A stretch of 63,705 nucleotides of DNA, the filler included, from Octopus bimaculoides (taxonomy: Eukaryota): assembly GCF_001194135.2 (NCBI RefSeq). It is 7 parts of 6 records of this genome, joined end to end, with 100 filler letters (N's around TTAATTAATTAA, not from the genome) between each part and the next. Parts side by side here need not be neighbours in the genome. Positions count along the whole stretch, not along the records: positions 1 to 30,561 come from NC_068992.1; 6 more parts are not named here. One strand, 5' to 3'. Positions within the stretch are counted from its first letter, which is position 1. Each line of letters starts with the position of its first letter. The notes beneath the pieces were generated by a model. The model worked only from the letters and a program-made list of their open reading frames with translations, was not told the origin of the DNA and made no database searches. Both the position numbers and the translations under genes were made by a program. Positions 1 to 15,880 of this stretch are shown here, one piece after another.

Positions 1-52
<52 letters not shown>

Positions 53-2868
53 TGTATGTGTGTGTGTATATATATTATAGATACATACACACATAATTTT
101 CTCTAAAAACTTTTCTTAGTCTGTTGTCATTCTACCTTTCCCGCCACTTGGCAACATAATTCTTCCTTTCTTTCTTTTTTTCTTTAATGAAGAAACGAAG
201 ACAAGCGAGCTATTCTCTACTTCATTCGGTCGATCATTCTCTGGCGTTCAATTACTGTTTTGACTGAATGTCAAATAATAGCGTTCTAGACAGAAACCAA
301 TGCGTTAACATCGTGTTGTGCTCCAACAGAATTATTGATTCTGTTGTTCTTTAAGATTTTCTCTAACAGCTTCCCAGACATTTCATTAGCGTCTTTTTCA
401 AAGATAGATTGAATGTACAAATTTTCGGATAATAAATGCCATTGTTGAACGGTCCGTCTTCAATTATGTCTTATGTTGAAAAATATTTTGCGACGTTCGA
501 TTATAGCGTGGAATAATACTTATATCAGAATAGAATAGAATACTCGAGTAAAAAGGTGAAAGTACATTTCTTCGTATAATATATTAATATGTAATTATAA
601 TTAAGGTGATAAAGGGTTTGGAATGGCTGTGCTTTGTACTAAATTCCTGTTGGTCCTTCATTTAGTTTTGCTGCTGTACTTCATTTCGCTTCTCTGTATT
701 TCATGTTCAGATCTGACCGGAGCTAACTTTAAATTTCATCTCTTCATAGTCGATAAAGTAAATGCGGGTTACTTCAGGTAATTCTAATGATAAAACATTG
801 CTTATACAAATTCGTGACTTTGGGATGTGAGTAATTATAATATAAAATGAATTTTGCAGTTTACCTGCTTCTTTTAGTAGTGATTATGTCCAATTTAGGT
901 GTAGGGTCATTAATTTTGAGGTAAGATGTGAATCGATACTATCGACTTTTGTACTTGATTGATATTTTATCGACCCAGGGAAGGAAGAAAGGTAAATTTG
1001 TCCTCAACGGGATTTGACGTAAGAATAATGGAATGAACAGGGCAACAGGAAACATATGGGACAGAGAGCCACTGATGAGGCCTTTAAGAGTAGTTAGAGG
1101 GAAACATTTTGACACTGAACCCCCTTGCGTTACGTAACTGTATGGAGAAAATTACAAGAAATTCCTTCCAGAACTTATTGTTCCATGAGTAAGAACGTTG
1201 TTAGTATTTCTGTTCTCCATCGTCCCACTTGCTACATACAGGAACACGGAGAGAAACAATTAAAAATTTTACCAGCAATCTAGACCAAGAGCCAGACCAA
1301 TCAGGTGGGGGGGGGTGCCTTCACGGTTGATTACTTTGCTAGCAATTAGGGAAGAGCAGTGAAATCTTCACAAAACATGTCCTACAATCGTGAAAAATGA
1401 AAATTATATATTTATTTAAAATAACGATAGTAACGAATGGAACGCTTGTCATCATAAATCTAAAGGAGAACAACAGTTTTTAATCCGGAAAATAAAGCAT
1501 TTCAAGGTGTGTCAGATCAATGTTCTGAGTTCAAAACACAGTGACAGCAGCCAAGCATTTTATTGCTTAGAGATTATAAACTCTGAAATGGAGCACGTAA
1601 TATATACATGCATACACGTATATATATATAAAACGTTGCAATACAGTGTCACTGGTGGCAAATGAAATTTATAATTTTTTTTTGCTACCCTCAGATTTAT
1701 TAATATATATATATATATATGTATGTATATATCCACATTGGTGGTGGTTGGTAAGCCGAGATTTCGAAGTCACTATCAAATTTATCCATATAAAATTTAA
1801 TGAAACATATACTCTTATTGATCTTCCAGTTTAATATTGAATTACGTTTCTTTATAACATCACATAAATAACATGTGTGTGTGTGTGTGTGTCTGTGTCT
1901 GTGTGTGCGTGTGTTTATATCTATCTCTATATGGTGCATGTGTGCATATACGTAACCACATATGTACGTAAGATAAATGTGTATTGACTTTAACAAACCC
2001 AGGTCTGATCTCGTGCCAAGAGAGACATTATTACATACATTTGCAAGGGCGATATGTGTTGATGAAATAGTAGAGCATAGCACATAGTACTGGGTTGTAT
2101 CAATATTCTATGAGTGTTTACTTTGATTTTCATATATTCTAGTTTAGATTAAAGACATGCGGCTAATGTAGTGCAGTAAATTCTAACAGCATACATCTCT
2201 CTTCAGCAACTTAAACTTGCACCGAACCATAAGAACGTTAGTCTTACTCAAACTAGACTTCAAAAAAAAAGTCATGTGCGTTGATGGAAAGGAAAGGATC
2301 CGACAGTTGCTCAAGGCGCCACGCAGTGGAACTGAGCCCGGAACCATGTGGTTGGGAAGCAAGCTTGTTACCACACAGCCACGCCTACACACGCGCACAC
2401 ACACGTATGGTAAAAGAATCCTATTTATGAAAATGTTTATCAAAATTGAAGATTTCTGTATTTTTCTTTACTTACTTAATTCTTGCGTAGTTTTCGATAT
2501 TTGTTGCATTCCTGCGATATTTAATTATCTAAAATCATAAATATCTTTCTTTGTCGAAGTTTCACTTTGAAAATAACATCAAAGAAATATAAGACAAATC
2601 AAGTAGCAATAATCTGTCATCATCCTATTAAACCAAAAACTTCAGACTTGAGTTGAGTTTTCGGTATTCTCTTTTTAAACCACCTCTGTTTTCCTGTTTA
2701 AATATTGAGTTACAATGGTTATGGTTCCAGGCGATAAGCGTCTGGATATATATACATGCACAACGGTTTCAATTGTCGGCTGATTCATTTCAAATAAACG
2801 TTATGCAATAAAGTACATAAAACAAAACCCAGTATTCGGCACATTAACAGCGTTTTAATTTGCATTTA

Positions 2869-3380
2869 CTGGGTGTTCGGGATAAATTTCACGATGTTTA
2901 TGTTTCTTTTTTTTTTAGGAACACCTTAATGCATTGGTAAACAGTCAACGGTGTTGAAGAGCATAAATATTACACTTGTAGATAAGAAAGTGTTAGCTGA
3001 CATGGAGGACTGGAAATCATCTGAATATTGGAATAGAGTTAACTGTATCATGACGATTCACGCCAGGTATCGAAATGTCGATAACATGGCTGCTGCTGAA
3101 TAATCTGTGAACACTGCAAAGGTTGTAAGACGTGACATGGACAGCTGCAACAAAGACTACGAAGCCGTGGCTGGCAGGAAGGGACACGGCAGGCGTTGTA
3201 AGTCTCTCACTGGAATCCACCCTTTCATTATTTTTTAACAGGGCTTAGGCTCAATTCAGACGTCTATGTGAAGCTGGTGGAGCCAGAGGTCAAACCTTGG
3301 CTGAAGAATGTTGCTGCTGGAGAGCCATAGGTGTGGCAACAAGATTCGGTTCCTTGCCATACCTTTGGAAAGAGTCAAAA
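2869..3380 (+). mobile_element. 5' end plus internal fragment of the same Tc1/mariner family as 50718-51581
   Basis: TA|CTGGGTGTTCGGGATAAAT terminus; translations ...RRDMDSCNKDYEAVAGRKGH and GLRLNSDVYVKLVEPEVKPWLKNVAAGEP*VWQQDSVPCHT. Confidence 0.75.
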
Positions 3381-5049
3381 GTGACTGTCGAAGTATCTCT
3401 ACGCTTTTTGCTTTTTGTTGATGTGTTGAACTATCAGACGCATTGCATGTGATTACAATTTATGAAGAGGACTCTATCAAATCGCAACTTGGTGTGATGT
3501 GTGATGCTATAACTTCTATTTATTTATTCATTTATTTGTTGTTGGAAGAGCGAGTGACAGTGTGAGAAAGAGAGGGAGAGAGAGAGAGCCGGGAGGAGGA
3601 GGGAACGATAAAGATAACGACTGATGAACGCATAAAGATTGGATGAAAGAAGGAATTAAAATAACCAGGAGAATAAAGAGAGAAAGAAAGTCAGAAATGA
3701 ACCTGTCACAATAGTGACAAGCATTAAATCTGGAATGTTTCCAGTTCGAAAGATAATTGTACGTTATCACATATATATATATATATATATATANNNNNNN
3801 NNNNNNNNNNNNNNNNNNNNNNNNNNNNNNNNNNNNNNNNNNNNNNNNNNNNNNNNNNNNNNNNNNNNNNNNNNNNNNNNNNNNNNNNNNNNNNNNNNNN
3901 NNNNNNNNNNNNNNNNNNNNNNNNNNNNNNNNNNNNNNNNNNNNNNNNNNNNNNNNNNNNNNNNNNNNNNNNNNNNNNNNNNNNNNNNNNNNNNNNNNNN
4001 NNNNNNNNNNNNNNNNNNNNNNNNNNNNNNNNNNNNNNNNNNNNNNNNNNNNNNNNNNNNNNNNNNNNNNNNNNNNNNNNNNNNNNNNNNNNNNNNNNNN
4101 NNNNNNNNNNNNNNNNNNNNNNNNNNNNNNNNNNNNNNNNNNNNNNNNNNNNNNNNNNNNNNNNNNNNNNNNNNNNNNNNNNNNNNNNNNNNNNNNNNNN
4201 NNNNNNNNNNNNNNNNNNNNGTGTGTGTGTGTGTGTGTGTGTGCTTGCGTGCGTGTGCGTGTGTGTGTGTGTGTAGGAATTTTGGTGATTAGTCCATTAA
4301 ATTATTTGGTTCTTTATATAAGGTTTGTAATCCTGTGGCGTTTTAAAATTAAAACTTGTGGAGCCTGTATGTCTCTATTTTAACATCTCGCTACACACAC
4401 GCACGCGTACATAAACACACACATCTACGAACTTTAGCATATCAAAGACATACAAAAGTCCTTCCCGTGCCATAGGCTCATGAAGCTGTTTTTCCCGGAT
4501 TCAGCAGCGTATATATATTCCCCCCATGGGACCGGACGCCGATCCATCGCAGGATTATTTACTTTCACCACCTTAATGGACGTGAAATGAAAGCGTTTTG
4601 CTCAAGGACACAGCGCATCGCCCGTTCCAAGAATCGAAACCACAATCTTACGATCATGAGAACAATCCACTTTGTTTCATATTATTGACTGAAGCAGCCA
4701 CGCCCTACATATATGTTATAAATTATACAAAAATAGGTCGAAGGCAGGAGTCTGAATGTGGTCACTCAGGTTGCTAGAAATAGTAGCCTAATCACTATTA
4801 ATTCATACCTTTCTCTCTTACGAAAATGCAATTTCAGATTAAGTAATGTAGCCCCAAATAAACAAAAGAATAAAAACCAATTGGCTACGGCTAGAATGAC
4901 TTTGTTCATATGTCTATTCGATAATAGTTGACCTGGAGTGAAACATCATCATCAACATCTTCTTCATCATTATCAAGAAGAACAAGAACAAGAACAAGAA
5001 CAACAATATCAAGTGCCGTCTCATGTATTTTGCTGCATTTTGCTTGACC

Positions 5050-5420
5050 AATAAGTATATTTATAAAGAAATTTCACTGACAATATGTGACAATCATGTC
5101 CTATTCCAGTTGTGTCCCTTAGCTAAGAACACACTACTCTACAGCAGATTGGATACGGAGTACCAAATTTTATCTGGCTGTCTGGTACTTTAAAATTACT
5201 GTATATGAACTGGATGATCGAAGACATGGTATATGTCAAAAATGAAGACGTGTTGGTCACGGCCAGATGGAAATTACATGACCGAAATCATGATATACAA
5301 CGCCTAAAACGAAGATTGGATGGCCACGTTTCGAACATCAGTCAAATTGAAACAATTCATTACTGAAAAGCATAAGAATCGGACCCCACCGCCATATACC
5401 AGGTAGCATGTTCTTATTAA
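5050..5420 (+). mobile_element. Highly decayed RTE-like LINE C-terminal remnant
   Basis: YVKNEDVLVTAR...IQRLKRRLDGHVSNI resembles N.EVL..A....LRW.GHV.RM. Confidence 0.45.
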
Positions 5421-5928
5421 AGCTGCTTTGTCATTCTTATATATCATCAAATTCAACATTTATTGTATTCGTTGTAAAACGCTTGAAATGATCAAAAAAC
5501 CAAACCTGGATTATCGGCCTTAGCTTTCATGGTTTTATGTTCTTAAAACAGAATTCGGTTTTCCACGTTTTACGATCAAAAGTAGTCTAGTTTTTATTAC
5601 ACCATCATTTTAGAAACATGTTCAGTCTACAACATGAGTACTATACATAGTGTAGCCTTCTATTACTGAAAAGAATAGGATATCATTTGATGGATATGGC
5701 TAATATTTCTAGCCGGCAAGTGACCGTTTAGATATTTACTCACTAGATCATAGTTTTCTCGTTAAAGTGGCAGTTTCCTTTCACTTCAGAGGGAAGATAG
5801 AAATACTGCTGAAGTACTTGGAGCTAAATATCTTTGACGGCAGTATTAAATGCTGCATAAACTCCACTTAACAGCTGCATACATGCAAACATATATGTGT
5901 GTGGGTGTGTGTGTGTGTGGGTGTGTGG

Positions 5929-5962
<34 letters not shown>

Positions 5963-6020
5963 ATAAATGTATGTACGTATGCGTAGAGAAATATACGTAT
6001 GTCTGACTATATTTATATGC

Positions 6021-6065
<45 letters not shown>

Positions 6066-6087
6066 TGTACATATATANNNNNNNNNN

Positions 6088-6134
<47 letters not shown>

Positions 6135-7263
6135 TGTACATATATATACATATATACATATGTACCTATATATATCCATATATATATACACATATATGTA
6201 CATATATATACATATGTACATATGTACATATATATACGTATATACATATATAGATATATATATACACACATGTACATATATATATATATATATATGTACA
6301 TATGTGTGTATATATATATATATGTNNNNNNNNNNNNNNNNNNNNNNNNNNNNNNNNNNNNNNNNNNNNNNNNNNNNNNNNNNNNNNNNNNNNNNNNNNN
6401 NNNNNNNNNNNNNNNNNNNNNNNNNCACGTGTATAAGGGATGACCACTAGGTGGACATTCAATATGCTAGAAAGATGTCATCATCTCTCTGGAGAACATT
6501 ATTTTTCTTTGTGGTTGGGTCATTGATGACCTCTTTCTAGCATATTGGATGTATGTATGTATGTATGTATGTATGTATGTATATGTGTGTGTGTGTATGT
6601 ATATAAATAAATAAATATATGTATAATTATGCCATATGTAAATATATACACATATACACATGTATGTACAAACACACATACATGTGCGTGTGTTTGTGCG
6701 TGTGTTTGTGCGTGTGTGTGTATGTGATAACATAGGCATGTATTAACGCATTTCAAAAACCATTGACATATATCGATGTGGTCTAATTTCAAAATGCCTG
6801 GCGCTGAATTTCTTCCTCGTTTGTTAACTATAAAGCCTTTTGGTGCCTACGTTAAAATGCACATGACGACTCCTTATAAGTTATCAGATTCTGTTATGAA
6901 TATCTAATAAGCATTTCGAATTCAATGACTAACCGAACAATCCCCTATATTACAGCTTCGAAGTACAACTACAATGAAAGCATGTATATATATGTATATA
7001 TATGTATATATATATGTATATANNNNNNNNNNNNNNNNNNNNNNNNNNNNNNNNNNNNNNNNNNNNNNNNNNNNNNNNNNNNNNNNNNNNNNNNNNNNNN
7101 NNNNNNNNNNNNNNNNNNNNNNNNNNNNNNNNNNNNNNNNNNNNNNNNNNNNNNNNNNNNNNNNNNNNNNNNNNNNNNNNNNNNNNNNNNNNNNNNNNNN
7201 NNNNNNNNNNNNNNNNNNNNNNNNNNNNNNNNNNNNNNNNNNNNNNNNNNNNNNNNNNNNNNN

Positions 7264-7322
<59 letters not shown>

Positions 7323-8925
7323 TTCAAATTAACAGGAAACAAAAGACAAAGACGCGTGTAGGAACAACAAGCAGGTATATTAGCTTAACGCTCGAGCCTT
7401 GCCCTCTTTACAAAATATATGTTGATATATTTATCCGGAAATATAAATACATGTCGCAGCTGGTATTGCAAGATCTACGAAGAGCAAAGTAAACAATTCT
7501 AACCATTACTATATTTCAGAGTTTACTTTTGAAAACGCAAAAAGAAAAAAACAATTTTCTTTATTCTTATCAATATTTCAAAACAACTCGAATGGAAGCA
7601 AATGTAACCAAGGTATTTATCCTCAATAATTTATGGAGCGATAGCAAAATGGCCGATTTTATGTAATGTAAAATTAAATTATCCGTCTTTCTGGATGTCA
7701 ATGATATCCAAAACTAGAATTTATCCTAATTTTCTGTGACATTAAGAGTAGGGAAATTAAACGAGATTGTGGTATACCAAATTTAAGTTTTAGCTATCAA
7801 AAGCCGTGGTTCTCAATGTAGGCTAAAATATCGTTCATTACTCACATATTACAACCATGGCGTTTGTATGCAAATTATACCATTGTGTAATAATTTTAGT
7901 AGACTTTAGCTTGTCGCACATAACCGAAGCTTAACGAATAAACATAGATAGAATAAAAGAAACGTCGATCGATAAAAGGAAACAGAAAATTGTTAATAAG
8001 TCTATCAATACAACAATACAATCCCAATTATATTTCGGTTTACTAAAGCAATATGATTCCAGAACCGATTACTTACAGAACTTCAACAGACACAAAACTA
8101 ATTAAAAACAAAAACATACCACACATAAATGATTATATAAGTGCATCGTTGCTACAGGATAGACGAATACGCTGTAAAAATACTTTATATACGAAAACAT
8201 AATATGTATATATGTATGTATGTTATATTTTAACATTTAATAATATATTACGAAAATTACTCGTAAACAAAGTATAACAAACCACAGAAAAATATATAAT
8301 TTTCAGTTAATATTCAATCATGAAGTCTGTAGCACTGACGTCCCGAATTTTTTCATTAATCATACAATACCAACACTTTCTTGTACGTTGATGATATATT
8401 TACGACAAAGTACCGTATCAATACTTCACATGGAACATTATACGATACAGTATCACATAGAAAAGATGAATTTATAAAGCAACTATTTCATATAAACTTT
8501 GCACAAAAAATAAAACCAAAGATTTAGATTCAGAAACTGTTGGATACCTGAAGACTAAGAATACCTTTTCTTTGATATTAAGATAATCTTTCCTGAAATA
8601 GATTTCCAAGAGATTTCTGGTGCCGTGTTACAACTAAAGTACAGCATAAAGAAAAACCCTCAACTAATAGAAATTTATTGAGACAATGTTACAATGGAGA
8701 CGATCGTCAGTTGGTCAACCTGCTACATATAGCAGCGATATGCCCGTTAAATCTCAACATGCTGACATAAAACAAGATAATATTGTAGAAAATTCTAGAT
8801 ATATTACTTCTGAAAATATTTCAATAGTCCATGGACTGAACAACTGGAAGTGTAACAACAAAAAATCAAAAATTAGACGACCAAAATTGTCAAGAAAAGA
8901 CAATGAAAATACAGTGGGAATTGAA

Positions 8926-9300
8926 AAGTTTGCTTCCCAACTACATGGTTCTAGGTTCAGTCCAAGTGCGTGGCACCTTGGTTAAGTGTCTTCTACTAGA
9001 GCCTCGGACTGACCAAAGCCTTGTGGGTGGATTTGGTAGACGGAAACTGGAAAAAAGCCCGTCGTGTATATAGGTGTGTGTGTGTCGGTCCCCACCACCG
9101 CTTGACAACAGCTGTTGGGGTGTTTACATCTCCATAACCTAGCGGTTCGTCAAAAGAGACAGATAGAATAAGTACCAGGGTTTACAAAGCAATAAAATAA
9201 GTACCTGGGGTCGATAAGGTCGGCTAAAATTCCTCAAAGCGGCGCCCCAGCATGGCCTCAATCAAATGGTTGAAACAAGTAAAATATAAAAGATAAAAGA
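8926..9300 (+). mobile_element. tRNA-derived SINE family A. Other copies at about 2275-2388(-), 22487-22880(-), 26310-26439(+), 31995-32355(-), 34555-34935(+), 36520-36670(-), 37650-37810(+), 46205-46265(+), 51945-52128(+), 54320-54510(+), 57340-57428(-), 59655-59967(+), 63030-63310(-)
   Basis: Recurrent sequence ...gcttcccaaccacatggttc..ggttcagtccca..gcgtggcaccttggg/caagtgtcttctac...gatttggtagacggaaactgaaag...cagcatggcc..a.tcaaatgactgaaacaagtaaaag; the head has Pol III box A/B-like motifs. Confidence 0.85.
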
Positions 9301-12194
9301 TAAGTAAGTTGCCGAGTTCGTGATTATGTTTTTCCCCCGCAAACCGATTCCAGTTCTCAGTTGTAGCCTCTTCATTGTATTTCCCCCCCCCCCCCAAGTC
9401 CTTCGCATGTTGCCAGACAACAGATGTAATTTCTCGCCGCAACCTTCTCGGTTTGTACTATTGTATTAACATCCACCCACTTCGAAATTTAAGACAGTAA
9501 ATGATCCAAACTAAATATTCTTTTAGCGATTTTACCATCCGTCTGTCCATCGACTTCCCACGAATTCATCTAAATTTACATTTAGCTCCAAGTCATAAAT
9601 GTATGAAATACTATACATGACTATTGTTAAGAAACTCTTGAATTATGATTTATTTACTTTTGAGAGACATTTTAATACTTTTCTTCATAAAGAAAACGAA
9701 TTCATAGAAAAAGAGATTAGAATAGAAATTATGTTTACAAGTTAAAGTCTTCTGTCAAGCGTAATTGTTTTATAGAAGAATAAGGATGTACAAATATCAA
9801 GTTTTATTATCCTTAGTTGCTCTGTTACTCTCAACGTGCTAAGCCACACCACATAATTTTCTGATTTTTTAATGTGTTCTTTTGCTCTCCGTAAATGCAA
9901 GAATAGATTTTCGACTTAACAGGGAATTTGACCACTTGTTTTCGAATCACGAGTTCAAATCTACAGCTTAGGTTTTACAAGACACTCTGAATCCTTTAGG
10001 CCAGTTCCCTCGACTGTTGGCTCTCGATGCCAGATCAGATATTGTTCAATTTCAAACTAAATTTAACCGATCGCTTTTGGCGGTGCATTTTGTCGTTCGA
10101 TCTCAGCGTTGGCTTTGATCATGTCATTTGTTTTGTTACTTTTTTCCTTGATCTTTTGCAGGTTTCTGCCGTTGGATTACGACAATACTGAGGGGCTACC
10201 TTCAAGAGCTTTCAAGATAAGGACGACGACTCTACTTTATTAAGTGATTATTTTACCGATCCATATATTTATTGAAGTGCTCGACAGATTATATTCCATT
10301 TCAATTTTCTTTGCCGAGTACAATATTTTGCTAATAACTGGTACTCTGTCGAAAGTTCCAGTTGATCCGATCTATGGATCAGCTTGCTAATAAGATTAAC
10401 TTAAAAGTGGCTGAGTATTCCACAGATACGCGTAACCGTAAACGTAGTTCTCAGGGAGATACTGCGTGGCACCTGAATGTGACACAAGTTTGGTTCTTTG
10501 AAGTAAAGGTACAATTCATTCTTGTCAGGTGAGTGGACTGGAGCAATGTGAAATAGAATGTCTTGCTCAAGGTCACAATGCACTGCCGAGAATTGAACTC
10601 ACGATCTTATGATCGCGAGCCGAATATCCTAACCACTAAGCCACGCGCCTTCACCATTTCCCTAATACACACGCACACACTAGATACACAACTAACAAGA
10701 TGACAGGGATGTTCGGCTGATGATCACAAGGTCGCAGGTTCAATACTTAAACTGGCAGCGTATTTTGTCCTTGAACAAGGCACCTTTTCTTCACGTTGCT
10801 CCAGCCCGTGCAGCCATAAGTAAGTACCCTACTGGGTGCTGGAAGAGCTCTCACTCACCGCTGTCACATTCCTGAATTTATCAGAGTAAAGGCTGAGAGC
10901 GCCTAGAGGATGGCCATGTCTGTTCCCGACCATAAATGTATCTAAAACAATACAATTAGCGAAAGCTTGGTAAATGTTATCAAGCGATAGATACGCTCGC
11001 AAACAACGACTGGTTGTATTTTATACTACTTTTAGATTCTCCTTTGCTTCGTGCTTTTGTGTTTGTCCGTAGTGGAATAATATTCAAAATGGTACGCAAC
11101 ATTAATCTGGTTTTCCTGTGGCAGATACAATCAAATCAACTTAGTTAAGATATTCTCAGATATTTTCATTAAGTTCATTTCCTCACACAGTTCTTTGATT
11201 GATTGCCTATTCGCTAACGCTCATTCAAAATCACTTACAACACAATATGAATGTGAAGTCGTGTTCATTGCCTCAATCAAAAGGTCGGTTCTTATCTGTC
11301 ATCTGCACAAGAACAGGCGGAGATAAAGTTTTGCTTTAGCATTTAACCTGAATCAGGCAAAGCAGCACAAAATCATCTGACATCTGACAAACTTCACCCG
11401 AAGCCGTTTCGTTCTTCTCCATATTTCTTAAAATAAATTACTTTGTTCTGAAAATACATGTTCTATCTCACCAAGATATGTTTTTTATCTAATTAGGAAA
11501 ACACAAGAAAATATAACTTCCTGACGGTAGACAGAATATCCTGGTTTAACATAAACAATTTTATGCTGAACAAATTGCTCTTATTAAACCCTTTCAACTA
11601 ATTTTATAGGAAACTGAGCGATGTTAATGTGTGCAGTATTATGAAATGTCAGCTTCTGGTGAGCCGTGCTTATGGTTTTAGTGCTTCTATCTGAATCCAT
11701 TTTTCTCACTTTGCTAATACTTTGCGAAAAGTATGAATAATATAACATCCTAATTGGTTTCCAATAAATCTGGAACGGCTTGTTACCTAATCAATGATAA
11801 ATAACGTTCAACTGAATGATAGAAGTCTTTGATCAAAATATGCGCTTCGATTCGTGTTTCTTTGAAATGTCCTTTGGAAAAGCATGTGTGTCGTAATAAT
11901 AATACTTTCATTATCCCTGTTTCCATCAATCAACATTATTGATTTATAACAATTGCAACAAGATCACAAATTTGTGAAGAGGTTAATCGATTAAATTAAC
12001 CCCAATAATTGATTAGCATTTTAAGTAATTTGGTTTTTTTTTGCTAAATATGAGGAAGGATATTTGTAAACGCTTTTTGGTTAAAAGATGGATGAGATGA
12101 AAATGTTAGAGAGCCACTGCATCAATGTAGAATATTTACTCCCATTGTACAATGTCTGTTGCTATTCCATTGCGTTTACATACAAACAGCAACA

Positions 12195-12497
12195 GCTGGT
12201 ACTTTGTCGTTTGCGACGATGAGCGTTCCAGTCGACCCGGGCAATAGAATAGCCTGCTCGTGAAATTAACTTGTAAATGGCTGAGCACTCCACAGACACA
12301 CATACCCTTCAAGGAGGTGCACGGCGAAGGATTACAATTTACAATTACAGGCACAACTCATTTTTTCCAGCTGAGTGGACTGGAGCAATGTAAAATAAAG
12401 TGTCTTGCTCAAAAACACAACGCAACGCCGGGAATCGAACTCACCACCTTATTATTGTGAGCGGAATAACCCTAACCACCAAGCCATGCGCCTTCAT
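12195..12497 (-). mobile_element. tRNA-derived SINE family B. Other copies at about 4455-4670(-), 10338-10655(-), 10700-10940(+)
   Basis: Head gtgaaggcgc.tggcttagtggttagg...gagttc.attc, followed by ...gagcaagacactttattt.acattgctccagtccactca. Confidence 0.8.
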
Positions 12498-13159
12498 ACA
12501 CATAGATACACACACACATACATACACACATATGTTCATGCAAACGTAAATATATGCATACATATTTTCTGCATTTGTTTGTGCCGTTGCTTTTCGGAGA
12601 AGCATTACATTTAATTATGCATTTGCATAAAACATTTCTCTGTTTTTCATTTCAGTCAAATAAAACGTAGATTGTTACACAGGCAGATATTTTCATATCA
12701 CACACGGGCTTTCAATACAGCCTCCACACATCGTTAATAGGTTTTCTTAGGTTGTCCAACATCTCTCTTTCCTCCGGATTGCCAGTCTAACATTTGTGTG
12801 GCCAATCAGAATTTCCTGATAGAAGGGAATAGTAAAAATAAGCTTCCTCTAATTTCTGTATAACTAACAAAGGAAGTAGCTGATAATGAATGCGATTCAA
12901 TATCACCACTCAGGCTACTGCAAGAAATAGCAGCCAAGTTGCTTTCAACTAAAATTCCACCATTTTTCGAAAGTTACACGTTCACTGATGTTATCTGGGA
13001 AACAAAACAAGATGACCTTAGCCGAAAAAAAGCGATGATAGTCTTATTTCATAAACATTAATATAAGGCTTAAAACAATACAGACAACAGGCAATTACAC
13101 ACACACACCGCACATAACACATACAAACAACAAACACAAACATCACACATTATATATTA

Positions 13160-13202
<43 letters not shown>

Positions 13203-13379
13203 TCCATACATAAATCTTAATCCCAAACATTCAAGCCGTTACACAATGTCAATCTACGCACTTTAACACACATAGTCACAAACAACAGTACACGTACCTA
13301 CACACGTACATATATATACACACACACACACCTTCTTTGTCGTCTTCTATCTCTTCGTTCTTTAGCTCTTACACATACA

Positions 13380-15139
<1,760 letters not shown>

Positions 15140-15452
15140 TACATGCATTTTACGTGACATATATGCACACATTTTTCTGTTCCCTCACATTATATTGTTC
15201 ACTGTCTCTTTCTCTATCTTTCTGTCACTTTCTCTCTCTCTACCTCTCTCTCTCCCTCCCTCCCTCTCTACATATCAATCTATCTATCTAGCTATCTATC
15301 TTTTGTGCTTTTATTCGCCCCTATCATCTGACATCTTCCACTGGGATGAACACCGACGAGATATACATACATACATACAACTGCTGCAAAACTTAAAGCA
15401 TATTTATATTGAACTCTAATACTAGGTTATTAGTCTCACCATGCTTAAGTGA

Positions 15453-15454
<2 letters not shown>

Positions 15455-15531
<77 letters not shown>

Positions 15532-15880
15532 GTGATGATGATAATAATGATGTCTTGATATAAAAGATGGTTTACAGCAAATATTCAACTCAATGCCTCA
15601 GATTTGCTTGTTAGTTGCTTGACCTTAAACAGTTGAGCATGACGATATGTGACGATATGTGACGATATGTGCATCTCCGATCACAAACAGAAGTAGTGCG
15701 GGAGCAGCATAACTATGTGCTGAGAGGAATTCTTTGAGGTTTCGATAATTAACTATTGGGAACATGGGTGTTTTGTTCAATATCCTTAAACAACCTTTAT
15801 TCAGGGACCTTTTGAGCGGGATGGGCTACTCGATCGGAAGAAAATTCTAACGGGGCCCTACCTGAAATTTCTCAAGATTG
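15455..15880 (-). mobile_element. Interspersed repeat or 3' UTR-like segment ending in (TTA)n, joined to the RLE fragment
   Basis: Non-coding segment I recognise as an abundant octopus repeat, followed on the minus strand by a (TTA)n tail at 15455-15530. Confidence 0.45.

Noticed and set aside
8686-8985. 99-aa ORF MLQWRRSS...
   Set aside because: No recognisable motif or splice context, and its 3' end is supplied by a SINE.
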